Shown in pieces: positions 54,162 to 64,000 of a stretch of DNA of 64,000 bases. Under the pieces are notes generated by a model. The model had not been told where the DNA came from, did not search any database, and worked only from the letters and a program-made list of their open reading frames with translations. The stretch is from the NCBI GenBank assembly GCA_964620755.1, contig CAZUHH010000008.1, forward strand, positions 123,314 through 187,313. Direction: 5' to 3'. A program made the translations under genes and the position numbers. How positions within the stretch are numbered: the stretch's first letter is position 1; each line of letters begins with the position of its first letter. Source of the stretch: an uncultured Bacteroides sp. (GTDB taxonomy: Bacteria; Bacteroidota; Bacteroidia; G022818785).

Positions 54162-54917
54162 ATGTTTTATAAAATTATATTTTTTTTATTGAAATTTTTA
54201 CTATTAATTAATATATGTGGATGTAATTCCTATAATTATATTATAAATCATGACAAAGATCAGATATTTAATATACAAAAAGATATTAAACATTATAGAT
54301 ATAAAAATGAAAAAATATCTACTAATGAATATATTCAAATATACAAATTTTATGCTATTAAAGAAATGCATTTATTTAATATACCAGCTAGTATAAAATT
54401 AGCACAAGCCATTCATGAATCAAACAATGGTAACAGTTATTTAGCTAAAAATGCTAATAATCATTTTGGTATTAAATGTGGCAGTAATTGGAAAGGGCAT
54501 TTTATTAAATATAATGATGATTATCATAATGAATCGTTTAGAGTATATAAAAATATTCTTGAATCATATAAGGATCATTCTTTCTTTTTAAAAAAAGAAA
54601 GATATAATATGTTATTTACATATAATAAACTAGATTATAAAAATTGGTCATATGGATTACAAAAATTTGGCTATGCAACTAATCCAAATTATGCTGATAA
54701 TTTGATAAAAATTATTGAATATTATAAGTTATATAGCTTTGATTATATTCCTAAAAAAAGATTAAATAAAGATACTATTCATATAGTACAAAAGGGAGAA
54801 ACATTATATTCAATATCATTATTATATAATATTACAATTGAAGCAATAAAATATTATAATTGTATAAATGATGATAAATTGATAGTAGGTAAAAAATTAT
54901 TAATTTACACATATTAG
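54162..54917 (+). CDS. GH73 glucosaminidase plus LysM peptidoglycan hydrolase (lipoprotein)
   Basis: IPASIKLAQAIHES, ANNHFGIKC, GYATNPNYA, LysM HIVQKGETLYSIS; lipobox-like ICGC. Confidence 0.9.
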   Translation: MFYKIIFFLLKFLLLINICGCNSYNYIINHDKDQIFNIQKDIKHYRYKNEKISTNEYIQIYKFYAIKEMHLFNIPASIKLAQAIHESNNGNSYLAKNANNHFGIKCGSNWKGHFIKYNDDYHNESFRVYKNILESYKDHSFFLKKERYNMLFTYNKLDYKNWSYGLQKFGYATNPNYADNLIKIIEYYKLYSFDYIPKKRLNKDTIHIVQKGETLYSISLLYNITIEAIKYYNCINDDKLIVGKKLLIYTY

Positions 54918-54923
54918 TTATAT

Positions 54924-55967
54924 ATGTATTATAAAATAATAATAGCATTTTTAACTTTGATATATATTATATTTAGTTGTATGTACATAATATATTTAGA
55001 AAGAAAAATAGCTGGAATAATACAAGATCGTTATGGGCCTATGGAAGTAGGTGTATATGGATTATTACAACCTGTTGCCGATGTTATTAAGTTAATACAA
55101 AAACAAAATATAAAACCAATAATTTCAGATAAGATTTTATTTAATATCGCACCTATTATAGTATTTTTATCTGTATTCATGTGTTTTGCAGAAATACCAT
55201 TTATTTATTCTAATTATAATTTATATTCTAATTTTGGTATTATATTGATATTTTTAATGCTTAATATAAAAGTATTTGGATTGCTAATAGCTGGTTTAAG
55301 CTCTAATAATGGTTTTTCAATTATAGGATCAGTAAGATTAATATTACAATTCATATCTTATGAACTTCCTCTTATATTATCTATAATTGCTATGGCAATT
55401 ACATTAAAAACCCTAAATTTACAGTTAATTTGTATAAAACAGGGATTATATTGTAAAAATATTAATTCATTAAATGAATTGTCATGTATTACAAATTTAT
55501 ATGGAATATTTCAATGGAATATAATTCAATATCCTCATTTTATTATAATATTTATAATTTTTTTTATATCCAGTTTAGCATTATGCAATAGAATTCCATT
55601 TGACATATATGAATCAGAATCAGAATTAGTAGCAGGAATATATGTTGAATATAGTGGATTAAAATGGGGAATTTTATTTTTATCTGAATATTCATTAATG
55701 TTATTGTCATCTATATTAATGGTAATATTTTTCTTTGGTGGTTGGAATATATCGTTATATAGTACAAATATAAGCCATTGGTCTAATAATTATATATGTA
55801 ATTTTTTATGTATAAATATAAAAACTATTATATTGATAATAGTTAAAATATGGATTAGATGGACTGTTTTAAGATTGAGAATAGATCAAACAATGTATTT
55901 TTTTTGGACTATAATGATACCATTATCTTTAATATGTATTATTATTTCTTTGTTATATATTAATTAA
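54924..55967 (+). CDS. nuoH: NADH-quinone oxidoreductase subunit H (copy 2, different lineage)
   Basis: ERKIAGIIQDRYGPMEVG, LLQPVADVIKLIQK, ISYELPL, NRIPFDIYESESELVAG, RWTVLRLRIDQ. Confidence 0.92.
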   Translation: MYYKIIIAFLTLIYIIFSCMYIIYLERKIAGIIQDRYGPMEVGVYGLLQPVADVIKLIQKQNIKPIISDKILFNIAPIIVFLSVFMCFAEIPFIYSNYNLYSNFGIILIFLMLNIKVFGLLIAGLSSNNGFSIIGSVRLILQFISYELPLILSIIAMAITLKTLNLQLICIKQGLYCKNINSLNELSCITNLYGIFQWNIIQYPHFIIIFIIFFISSLALCNRIPFDIYESESELVAGIYVEYSGLKWGILFLSEYSLMLLSSILMVIFFFGGWNISLYSTNISHWSNNYICNFLCINIKTIILIIVKIWIRWTVLRLRIDQTMYFFWTIMIPLSLICIIISLLYIN

Positions 55968-55980
55968 TTTTATTCATTTT

Positions 55981-56442
55981 ATGAAGATTTTTATTGTAGA
56001 TTTTCTTTTAAGTATTTTTAATACTTTTATTGAAACTTTTAAACATATTATATTTAAATTGTCTATTTTTTATAAAAATCAAATCAAATTTTATACTATT
56101 AAATATCCATATGAAAAATGTATTATTAATAATAATGGACGATATAATATAAATATTAATATGAATGATTGTATTGTATGTAAATTATGCCTTAAAATAT
56201 GTCCCACTAATTGTATTAATATTGATACTGTAAAATCCAAAAATAATTCATTATATACTTCTAATGGATTAAAAAAAAATTTACTTGCTAAAAATTTTAT
56301 AATTGATATGAATAAATGTATGTATTGCGGTATGTGTTTGGATATATGCCCTACCTCTTGTATTACAATGGATAATTCATATGATAAAAATATATTTGAT
56401 ATTAATGAAATGAAATATCAATTTAAAAATATCGATTTGTAA
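55981..56442 (+). CDS. nuoI: NADH-quinone oxidoreductase subunit I (2x[4Fe-4S])
   Basis: TIKYPYEK, CIVCKLCLKICP, CMYCGMCLDICP; follows nuoH. Confidence 0.88.
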   Translation: MKIFIVDFLLSIFNTFIETFKHIIFKLSIFYKNQIKFYTIKYPYEKCIINNNGRYNININMNDCIVCKLCLKICPTNCINIDTVKSKNNSLYTSNGLKKNLLAKNFIIDMNKCMYCGMCLDICPTSCITMDNSYDKNIFDINEMKYQFKNIDL

Positions 56443-56471
56443 TTTATTGTTTTACAATAATTAAAAATGTT

Positions 56472-59087
56472 ATGAACATAAATAATATTAATGAAATAGA
56501 AAATTATTGGTGTAATTATTGGATTGACAAAAATATGTTTATATCAAATCCTGATATACGTCAACCTTATACTATTGTTATGCCACCTCCAAATATAACT
56601 GGTATATTACATATGGGACATGTTTTAAATTTAACTATACATGATATTCTAATAAGACTTCATAGAATGAAAGGGTATAATGCTTGTTTAGTTCCTGGTA
56701 TAGATCATGCTTCTATATCTACTGAAATAAAAGTCCTAAAATTTTTAAAAGAAAAATATAACATTGATAAATATGATATTTCAAGAGATAAATTTATTAA
56801 ATATGTTAATGAATGGAAATATAAATATAGTAAAATAATTATAGATCAAATTAAAAAAATCGGAATATCATGTGATTGGTCTAAATTTACATATACAATG
56901 AGTCCTAATTATTATAATCATGTTCAAGATATTTTTATAGAATTATATAATAAAGGATTTATATATAAAGATTATAAAATGGTTAATTGGGATCCACATT
57001 ATATGACTACGATATCTGATGAGGAAGTTATAAAAAAACAATATTTAGGAAAATTATATTATATAAAATATAAAATAATTGATAGTAATGAAAATATTAT
57101 AATAGCAACTTCAAGGCCAGAAACTATAATGGCAGATGTTGCTTTATGTTTTAATAATAAAGATATAAGATATAATGATTTAAAAAATAAAAAAGCTTTA
57201 ATTCCAATTATCAATAAAGAAATTCCTTTTATAAAAGATGAATATGTTGATCAAAATTTTGGTTCTGGATGTATTAAAGTATCTCCTGCTCATGATATTA
57301 ATGACTATAAAATTGCCTTAAGGCATAAATTACCAATTATTAATATATTTAATGATAATGGAACTATTAATAATAATTCACCTATATTAAATGGGATGGA
57401 TAGATTTGTAGCAAGAGAAAAAATTGTTCAAATGTTATCTAATGAAGGTAGCATTCATAAAATATCTAATTATAAAGCTTATATCAGAGTATCTGATAGA
57501 ACTAAATCAATTCTTGAATACAAGTTAATGCCTCAATGGTATTTAAAAATGAAATATTTTGCAAATCTAGCTTTAGAATCTCTTAAAGAAGAAAAAATAA
57601 AAATTTTACCTAAAAAACATATAAATACATATATAAATTGGCTTAATAATATTCATGATTGGTGTATATCAAGACAATTATGGTGGGGACATCGTATTCC
57701 TATATGGTATTATAATAATGAATATGTAGCTGCTAAAGATATTTATAAAGCTATTAAAATATTTGAATTAAAATACAATAAAACAATATCTATACAATAT
57801 ATAAAGCAAGATAATGATATTTTAGATACATGGTTTTCATCTTGGTTATGGCCTATAAAAGTATTTAATGAAAAAAATTTTAATTATTATTATCCTACTA
57901 ATATTGTTATTACTGCTCCAGAGATTTTATTTTTTTGGGTTATTAGAATGGTTATTGCAGGAATTTTATTAACAAAAAAAACTCCTTTTAAAAATATTTA
58001 TTTAACTGGTATTGTACGTGATAAAAATGGTAAAAAAATGTCTAAATCATTGGGAAATTCACCAGATATTAATAATTTAATAAAAAAATATGGAGCTGAT
58101 AGTATAAGAATAAGCATGATATTAGCATCTAAAACTGATAATGATGTTTTATTTGATGAATCTTATTGTAAACAAGGATATATTTTTATTAATAAAATAT
58201 GGAATTCTTTTTTGTTAATAAAAAATTGGCAAAATAATTTTCATAATATAGAAACTGATAATATTATTATTAAATGGTTTGATAATAAAATAAACAAATT
58301 AATTTATGATACTAATATTTTATATGATAAATATGATATATCAGGAGTATTTATATATATATATAAAATGTATAAAGAAGATTTTTGTTCATTTTATTTA
58401 GAAATAATAAAAAGTTTTGTTAAAAATAATAATATGAACCAAAAATATTATAACAAAACACTTGAGTATTTAAAATATTTATTAAAAATATTACATCCAT
58501 TTATTCCATTTATCACTGAAGAAATATGGAGTAAAATACAATGTGATTCAAAAATTTTATCTATAACTAGATATCCAAAATCAAGTTATATTGATATGAA
58601 TACTATTTATGAAATGAATGATGTACAATATATAATTCATAAAATTAGAAATATTATTAAAAAACACCATTTAAATATAAATAATGAAATTACTCTTTAT
58701 ATTAAGAGTAATAATAAATTGTTTTATGAAAAATATAAAACAATAATTTCAATATTTATCAATATTAAAGATATTATTTATGATGTTTATAATTCTAATT
58801 GTGAAGAATGTTTTTTATTAAATGATGATATTATAGGAGTAAATATTATTGTTAATAACATTAATAAAGATATAATAGAAGATATAAAATTGTCTATTCA
58901 GAAAAAAATTGATATTCTAACAAAATTTAAAAATAAAATTAATATTAAAATTAAAAATAATTATTTTTTAACAAATGCACCAAAAAGTATCATTCAAAAA
59001 GAATATAAAAAATATAAAGATGTATCTATAAAAATAGATCAATATAAACAACAAATTAATAGTTTATTAATACGTTATAATGACTGA
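56472..59087 (+). CDS. valS: Valine--tRNA ligase
   Basis: PPPNITGILHMGH, ATSRPET, DWCISRQLWWGHRIP, LDTWFSS, KMSKSLGN, C-terminal coiled coil. Confidence 0.97.
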   Translation: MNINNINEIENYWCNYWIDKNMFISNPDIRQPYTIVMPPPNITGILHMGHVLNLTIHDILIRLHRMKGYNACLVPGIDHASISTEIKVLKFLKEKYNIDKYDISRDKFIKYVNEWKYKYSKIIIDQIKKIGISCDWSKFTYTMSPNYYNHVQDIFIELYNKGFIYKDYKMVNWDPHYMTTISDEEVIKKQYLGKLYYIKYKIIDSNENIIIATSRPETIMADVALCFNNKDIRYNDLKNKKALIPIINKEIPFIKDEYVDQNFGSGCIKVSPAHDINDYKIALRHKLPIINIFNDNGTINNNSPILNGMDRFVAREKIVQMLSNEGSIHKISNYKAYIRVSDRTKSILEYKLMPQWYLKMKYFANLALESLKEEKIKILPKKHINTYINWLNNIHDWCISRQLWWGHRIPIWYYNNEYVAAKDIYKAIKIFELKYNKTISIQYIKQDNDILDTWFSSWLWPIKVFNEKNFNYYYPTNIVITAPEILFFWVIRMVIAGILLTKKTPFKNIYLTGIVRDKNGKKMSKSLGNSPDINNLIKKYGADSIRISMILASKTDNDVLFDESYCKQGYIFINKIWNSFLLIKNWQNNFHNIETDNIIIKWFDNKINKLIYDTNILYDKYDISGVFIYIYKMYKEDFCSFYLEIIKSFVKNNNMNQKYYNKTLEYLKYLLKILHPFIPFITEEIWSKIQCDSKILSITRYPKSSYIDMNTIYEMNDVQYIIHKIRNIIKKHHLNINNEITLYIKSNNKLFYEKYKTIISIFINIKDIIYDVYNSNCEECFLLNDDIIGVNIIVNNINKDIIEDIKLSIQKKIDILTKFKNKINIKIKNNYFLTNAPKSIIQKEYKKYKDVSIKIDQYKQQINSLLIRYND

Positions 59088-60265
59088 ATAGCTAAAAAAG
59101 CCATTAAACCTGTACTTATTTTTAATGATTTTTCATCAATATCAAAATTAGAAGTATGTACAGAATTTGTAGTATTTTTGTCAAATCTATCACTTGTACC
59201 TAATCTGTAAAAACAACCTTTTATAATTTGTGTATAAAAGGCAAAATCTTCTGATCCCATCCATACATCTAATTCTTCTACATTGTTATTACCTAAATAT
59301 TTTTTTGACATTTTAATCATATTTTTAGTAAAATGAGGATCATTAATTAATAATGGGTAACCTTTTTTTATAATATAGCTACAAGATCCACCCATTGACC
59401 TAGCAATACCTTTAGCCATTTTTTTCATTATATTATGTGCTTCAAATCTCCATTTTTCATCCATAGTTCTAAATGTACCTTCTATATTAACTACAGATGG
59501 TATTATATTAGTAGCTCCATTAGTATTTATTTTACCAAATGATAATACACTAGGATTTTTAGGATCATTATTTCTACTTATAATTTGTTGTAACCCAGTT
59601 ATAATATGAGATGCAATTAAAATAGGATCTATATTTAAATTAGGCATAGCTGCATGACCTCCTTTACCTTTAACAGTAACATATAATTCATCAGAACTAG
59701 CCATATATTTTCCAATATGGAACCCTACTGTTCCAGTATTTAACAATGGAAATACATGTTGCCCTAATATGTTAGATGGTTTTTCATAATCAAATAAACC
59801 CCCTTTTATAATTTTATATGCCCCACCAGGGAATAATTCTTCTCCAGGTTGAAATATAAATTTAATAATTCCAGAAAAATATTTTTTTAAATTATTTAAA
59901 ATTTTTAAAGTAGTTAATAAAGATGATGTATGAACATCATGACCACAAGCATGCATTATACCATCTATGTGAGATTTATATATGGTTTTATTATTTTCTG
60001 CAATAGGTAAAGCGTCTATATCAGCTCTTAATAGAATATTATTGTTAGTGATATTATTTTTTTTTTCACCTTTAATAAATCCATATACTCCTGTATTTAT
60101 AATTTTTTTACATATAATTTTATTATATTCTAAATATTTTATAATATATTTACAGGTGTTATATTCTTTAAATGATAATTCTGGATTCATATGTATATGT
60201 CTTCTATTATTGATTGTTTCTTCATGTAAATTTTCTGAAAATTCTTTTATTTTGTCGATTATCAT
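59075..60265 (-). CDS. M20D-family amidohydrolase (N-acyl-amino acid/N-acetyl-DAP deacetylase-like)
   Basis: RRHIHMNPELS, LRADIDALPI, MHACGHDVH, FQPGEE, GKGGHAA, GSEDFAFY. Confidence 0.9.
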   Translation of the reverse strand: MIIDKIKEFSENLHEETINNRRHIHMNPELSFKEYNTCKYIIKYLEYNKIICKKIINTGVYGFIKGEKKNNITNNNILLRADIDALPIAENNKTIYKSHIDGIMHACGHDVHTSSLLTTLKILNNLKKYFSGIIKFIFQPGEELFPGGAYKIIKGGLFDYEKPSNILGQHVFPLLNTGTVGFHIGKYMASSDELYVTVKGKGGHAAMPNLNIDPILIASHIITGLQQIISRNNDPKNPSVLSFGKINTNGATNIIPSVVNIEGTFRTMDEKWRFEAHNIMKKMAKGIARSMGGSCSYIIKKGYPLLINDPHFTKNMIKMSKKYLGNNNVEELDVWMGSEDFAFYTQIIKGCFYRLGTSDRFDKNTTNSVHTSNFDIDEKSLKISTGLMAFLAIQSL

Positions 60266-60335
60266 GATAAGTCGATACAGTTAAATTAATTCATTTTAAT
60301 AAAAGATAATTAAAATTATATAATTTATTAATTAT

Positions 60336-61658
60336 ATGAATATTAATATAAATTATAAAGTTTATAAATATTATAGTATTTATAAAAAAATTTCAATAGA
60401 TAGTAGAACTATCAATAATAATTGTATTTTTTTTGCTTTAAAAGGAAAAAATTATAATGGTAATTTTTTTGCTGAAGAAGCTTTAAAAAAAGGTGCTGTA
60501 ATAGCTGTTGTAGATGATGTAAAAGTAATAAAAAATAATTTTCAATATATATTAGTAGACAATGTATTAATTACCTTACAATATTGCGCTAAAATACATA
60601 GATTAAAGCATAAATGTAAAGTAATTGGAATTACTGGAACAAATGGTAAAACTACTACTAAGAATATATTAAACAATATTTTATCTACTAAATATAATGT
60701 TATAAGTACTGACTTAAATTATAATAATGAAATAGGAGTACCTTTAACAATTTTAAAAATTAATAATGATACTAATTTTGCCATAATAGAAATGGGTAGT
60801 CGTAAAATAAATGATATTAATAAATTATGTTCTATTGCATTGCCAGATTATGGTATTATAACCAATATAGGTAAAGCTCATTTATATTATTTCAACAGTA
60901 TCAACAATATTAAAAAAGCTAAAAAAGAATTATATGATTTTGTAATGTCCAATAATGGATATTTATTTGTAAATAATAATTATAACTATTTAAATAGAAT
61001 AACTATAAATTATTATAAAAAAATATTGTATGGTAGTAATATAAATAATGATATTATAGGATATTGGAAAACAATAAAACCAAAATTATTACTTGAATGG
61101 TATATAAAACAATATCATAATAAAAACTTAATTTATATAAATTTAATAGGCCTATATAATTTAGACAATATATTATCATCTATTGCAGTAGCAGTTTTTT
61201 TTAAAATACCAGTTAATATTATTAATAATGTTATATCTGAATATATATCTTGTGATAATAGATCACAAAAAATTATTACAAAAAATAACATTGTTATATT
61301 AGATGCATATAATTCTAATCCCAATAGTTTATTTGAAGCTATAAAAAACTTTTATCTTGTAGAATCAAATAATGACAATAGATTAATGATATTAGGCAAT
61401 ATGTATGAATTAGGAATACATACTGATAAATATCATAAATTAATAATTAATATTATTATTAGAACTAATATAAAAACTTTACTAGTTGGTGAACTATTTT
61501 ATAAATTTAAATATGTAATATCTAATGGTAATATTTTATTTTTTTCAACTAAAAGGCATTTAATTGATTTTTTATTAAAAAAATCAATTAAGAATTGTAA
61601 ATGTCTTATTAAAGGATCACGTTTAATGAAATTAGAGGATATAATTAATTATTTATAA
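60336..61658 (+). CDS. murF: UDP-N-acetylmuramoyl-tripeptide--D-Ala-D-Ala ligase
   Basis: IDSRT, ITGTNGKTTTK, NNEIGVPLT, IEMG, ITNIGKAH, DAYNSNP, LGNMYELG, KGSR. Confidence 0.94.
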   Translation: MNININYKVYKYYSIYKKISIDSRTINNNCIFFALKGKNYNGNFFAEEALKKGAVIAVVDDVKVIKNNFQYILVDNVLITLQYCAKIHRLKHKCKVIGITGTNGKTTTKNILNNILSTKYNVISTDLNYNNEIGVPLTILKINNDTNFAIIEMGSRKINDINKLCSIALPDYGIITNIGKAHLYYFNSINNIKKAKKELYDFVMSNNGYLFVNNNYNYLNRITINYYKKILYGSNINNDIIGYWKTIKPKLLLEWYIKQYHNKNLIYINLIGLYNLDNILSSIAVAVFFKIPVNIINNVISEYISCDNRSQKIITKNNIVILDAYNSNPNSLFEAIKNFYLVESNNDNRLMILGNMYELGIHTDKYHKLIINIIIRTNIKTLLVGELFYKFKYVISNGNILFFSTKRHLIDFLLKKSIKNCKCLIKGSRLMKLEDIINYL

Positions 61659-61660
61659 AA

Positions 61661-62770
61661 TTAACACAATTTTATAATATTAGATATCATTATTGATATA
61701 TGTATAAAAGTTATTCTCATATTTGTATTATGTTTTATATCATATATTGCTTCTTCTATAATATTAATAAATTTTACATAATTTTCAAAAGATACTAATA
61801 ATGAGAAATTACTAACAAAATTTTTATCTAAAAATAAACATTTATTCGGCAATATATTATAAACTTTATATGTGCAACAAGCTTTAAAAACATTTAAACT
61901 ATATATTAAAAAATCTATAAAATAATTTTTATCTTTTTGTAAAAATATTTCTAATAATTCAATAATGCTTTTAAACTTACATTTAAAACAACTACGCATC
62001 CATTGTTTAAATAAAGAAAAATGATTTAAATAATTTTTATTTATCAATGATATAGCATATGTAATATTACCTTTAGATATTTCATAAATATCATTAATAT
62101 TATTTGTATAATTCTTTTTAAGAAAAATTAGTAATTCATTTTTTGTAAGATTTGGTACTTTTATTAACATTGCTCTAGATACTATTGTAGGTAGTATTTT
62201 ATCTATTGATTCAGGTATTAAAAATATTATACTATATGAAAATATTCTTTCTAAAGCTTTTAAAAGTATATTACCATTATCATACATATATTCAGGAAGC
62301 CATATAATATATATATTATATATAGATTTTAAAGGTTTATAATTAATATTTTTTATTATATTATGACATTCTGATATTGTTATGATGGGTTTTTTATAAT
62401 TATTTGTTATTATATTAAACCAATCTTTAGAGGAAAGATAATAATTTTTTAAAAATAAATTTTTCCATTTTTCTAAAAAGAATAAAGCATTATTATATTT
62501 ATTAGATTTATGGGATATAAATGGATATGAAAAATATAAATCAGGATAAATTAATTGATTATATTGATAGCAAGATATACATTTGCCACATGAATCATAT
62601 GTGGATTTATTGATACAGCATATATATTGGCTATATGCAATAGCTATATGTAAATTACTAGTATTATCAGTATTATATAATAAAATTACACTAGGTATTT
62701 TTTTTTTATTTACAAGATCAATTAAATATTTTTTAAAATCTATATTGATAGCAATATCATTAAATTGCAT
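61661..62770 (-). CDS. holB: DNA polymerase III delta-prime subunit (diverged)
   Basis: MQFNDI, Zn motif DSCGKCISC, YPDLYFSYP, IIWLPEYM, NILLKALE, ILPTIVSR. Confidence 0.85.
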   Translation of the reverse strand: MQFNDIAINIDFKKYLIDLVNKKKIPSVILLYNTDNTSNLHIAIAYSQYICCINKSTYDSCGKCISCYQYNQLIYPDLYFSYPFISHKSNKYNNALFFLEKWKNLFLKNYYLSSKDWFNIITNNYKKPIITISECHNIIKNINYKPLKSIYNIYIIWLPEYMYDNGNILLKALERIFSYSIIFLIPESIDKILPTIVSRAMLIKVPNLTKNELLIFLKKNYTNNINDIYEISKGNITYAISLINKNYLNHFSLFKQWMRSCFKCKFKSIIELLEIFLQKDKNYFIDFLIYSLNVFKACCTYKVYNILPNKCLFLDKNFVSNFSLLVSFENYVKFINIIEEAIYDIKHNTNMRITFIHISIMISNIIKLC

Positions 62771-62853
62771 TATAGTTACAGATATAATATTAAATAATAT
62801 ATTTTAATATATATTATAATATTTTTATATTAATTATAAAAATATTATTCTAA

Positions 62854-63468
62854 ATGGAAAAATTTATTGAATTAAAATCAAGAGCGGTTCCATTGCCAAT
62901 TAATGATATTGATACAGATCAAATAATACCTGCTAGATTTTTAAAATCTGTTTCTAATACTGGTTTTGGGGATTGTTTATTTAAAGATTGGAGATATAAC
63001 TCTAATAATCAATTAAATGAAAGTTTTATACTTAATAATACAAAATATTCAGGTAATATTTTAATTACTGGTAGAAATTTTGGATGTGGTTCTAGTAGAG
63101 AACATGCAGTATGGGCTATATTAGATTATGGTTTCAAAGTTGTAATATCTAGTTTTTTTGCTGATATATTTAAAAATAATGCGCTTAATAAAGGTTTGTT
63201 GCCTATAGAAATATCAGAACAATACTTAAATATTATAACAAATATAGCAATTGATAATCCAAAAACATTATTTAAGGTTGATATTAAAAAATCTGTTTTA
63301 TCAATAGATAAATATAATGTAAGTATTGACTTTTCAATAGGTTTATATAAAAAGATGTGTTTTATTAATGGATATGACGATATAGATTTTCTTATGTCCA
63401 TTAAAAATAAAATAACAAACTTCGAACTTAATTATAACAAAAAGTACTATTTTTATACAATAAAATAA
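62854..63468 (+). CDS. leuD: 3-isopropylmalate dehydratase small subunit
   Basis: IDTDQIIPARFLK, NFGCGSSREHAVWA, FADIFKNNA, GYDDI. Confidence 0.97.
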   Translation: MEKFIELKSRAVPLPINDIDTDQIIPARFLKSVSNTGFGDCLFKDWRYNSNNQLNESFILNNTKYSGNILITGRNFGCGSSREHAVWAILDYGFKVVISSFFADIFKNNALNKGLLPIEISEQYLNIITNIAIDNPKTLFKVDIKKSVLSIDKYNVSIDFSIGLYKKMCFINGYDDIDFLMSIKNKITNFELNYNKKYYFYTIK

Positions 63469-63470
63469 AT

Positions 63471-64000
63471 ATGAATAAAAAAGAATATACAATAACAATA
63501 TTGCAGGGAGATGGTATAGGTCCAGAAGTTGTTAATGAATCCATTAAAGTATTGAAATCGTTATCAATAAAATATGGTTATCAATTTAAGTTATTATATG
63601 AGTATATAGGTGCAATATCAATAGAAAAGTTTGGAATTCCACTAACAAATAAAGCCATTGAGACAGCTAGCAAATCAGATGCCATTTTATTAGGATCTGT
63701 TGGTGATGATAAATATAATTGTAATAATAAAGTAAAACCTGAAGATGGATTATTGCAATTAAGAAAAGCTATGAAAGTTTATTGCAATATAAGACCAGTT
63801 AAAATTTATAACAAATTAATTGATAAATCATTTATTAAATCTGAGTTTATACAAAATGTTGATTTTATTATTTATAGAGAACTAACTGGAGGTATTTATT
63901 TTGGAAATAAAAAATATGATAACAATGAAGCATATGATGAATGTATATATACTTCTGATGAAATAAAACGTATTACATGTTTAGCTTTTGAACATGCTAA
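63471..64000 (+). CDS. leuB: 3-isopropylmalate dehydrogenase, 3'-truncated by the window edge (absent from the ORF track)
   Basis: ATG 63471: MNKKEYTITILQGDGIGPEV...SDAILLGSVG...PEDGLLQLRK...NIRPV...RELTGGIYFG; open to the window end and directly after leuD. Confidence 0.93.
   Translation, partial: MNKKEYTITILQGDGIGPEVVNESIKVLKSLSIKYGYQFKLLYEYIGAISIEKFGIPLTNKAIETASKSDAILLGSVGDDKYNCNNKVKPEDGLLQLRKAMKVYCNIRPVKIYNKLIDKSFIKSEFIQNVDFIIYRELTGGIYFGNKKYDNNEAYDECIYTSDEIKRITCLAFEHA

Overview
This is a gene-dense, extremely AT-rich (roughly 20% GC by eye) segment of a strongly reduced Bacteroidota genome, most plausibly an obligate endosymbiont. Protein signatures look Sphingobacteriales/Chitinophagales-like rather than flavobacterial (inference). 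The standard code is used (TGA = stop), and I found no mobile elements, CRISPR or rRNA. Respiratory content: an alternative complex III (actB-F) plus aa3-type cytochrome c oxidase operon, two divergent nuoH paralogues with scattered nuoI and nuoK-L-M-N, and a futalosine-type menaquinone decarboxylase. Other content: amino-acid biosynthesis (leuACDB, aroB, serC, carB, split transketolase), peptidoglycan genes, rpoN, recA/nth, five aminoacyl-tRNA synthetase genes and tRNA-Ile(CAT). Main observations: two complex I lineages in a tiny genome, one showing erosion (nuoK frameshift in an A11 tract, NuoM TM12 Glu->Lys, decayed NuoL); a sigma54-type promoter with an upstream palindrome at dnaK; a ~42-kb inversion that splits the leu operon; and intact ORFs whose catalytic motifs have decayed (a ThiD-like protein and the NagB domain).
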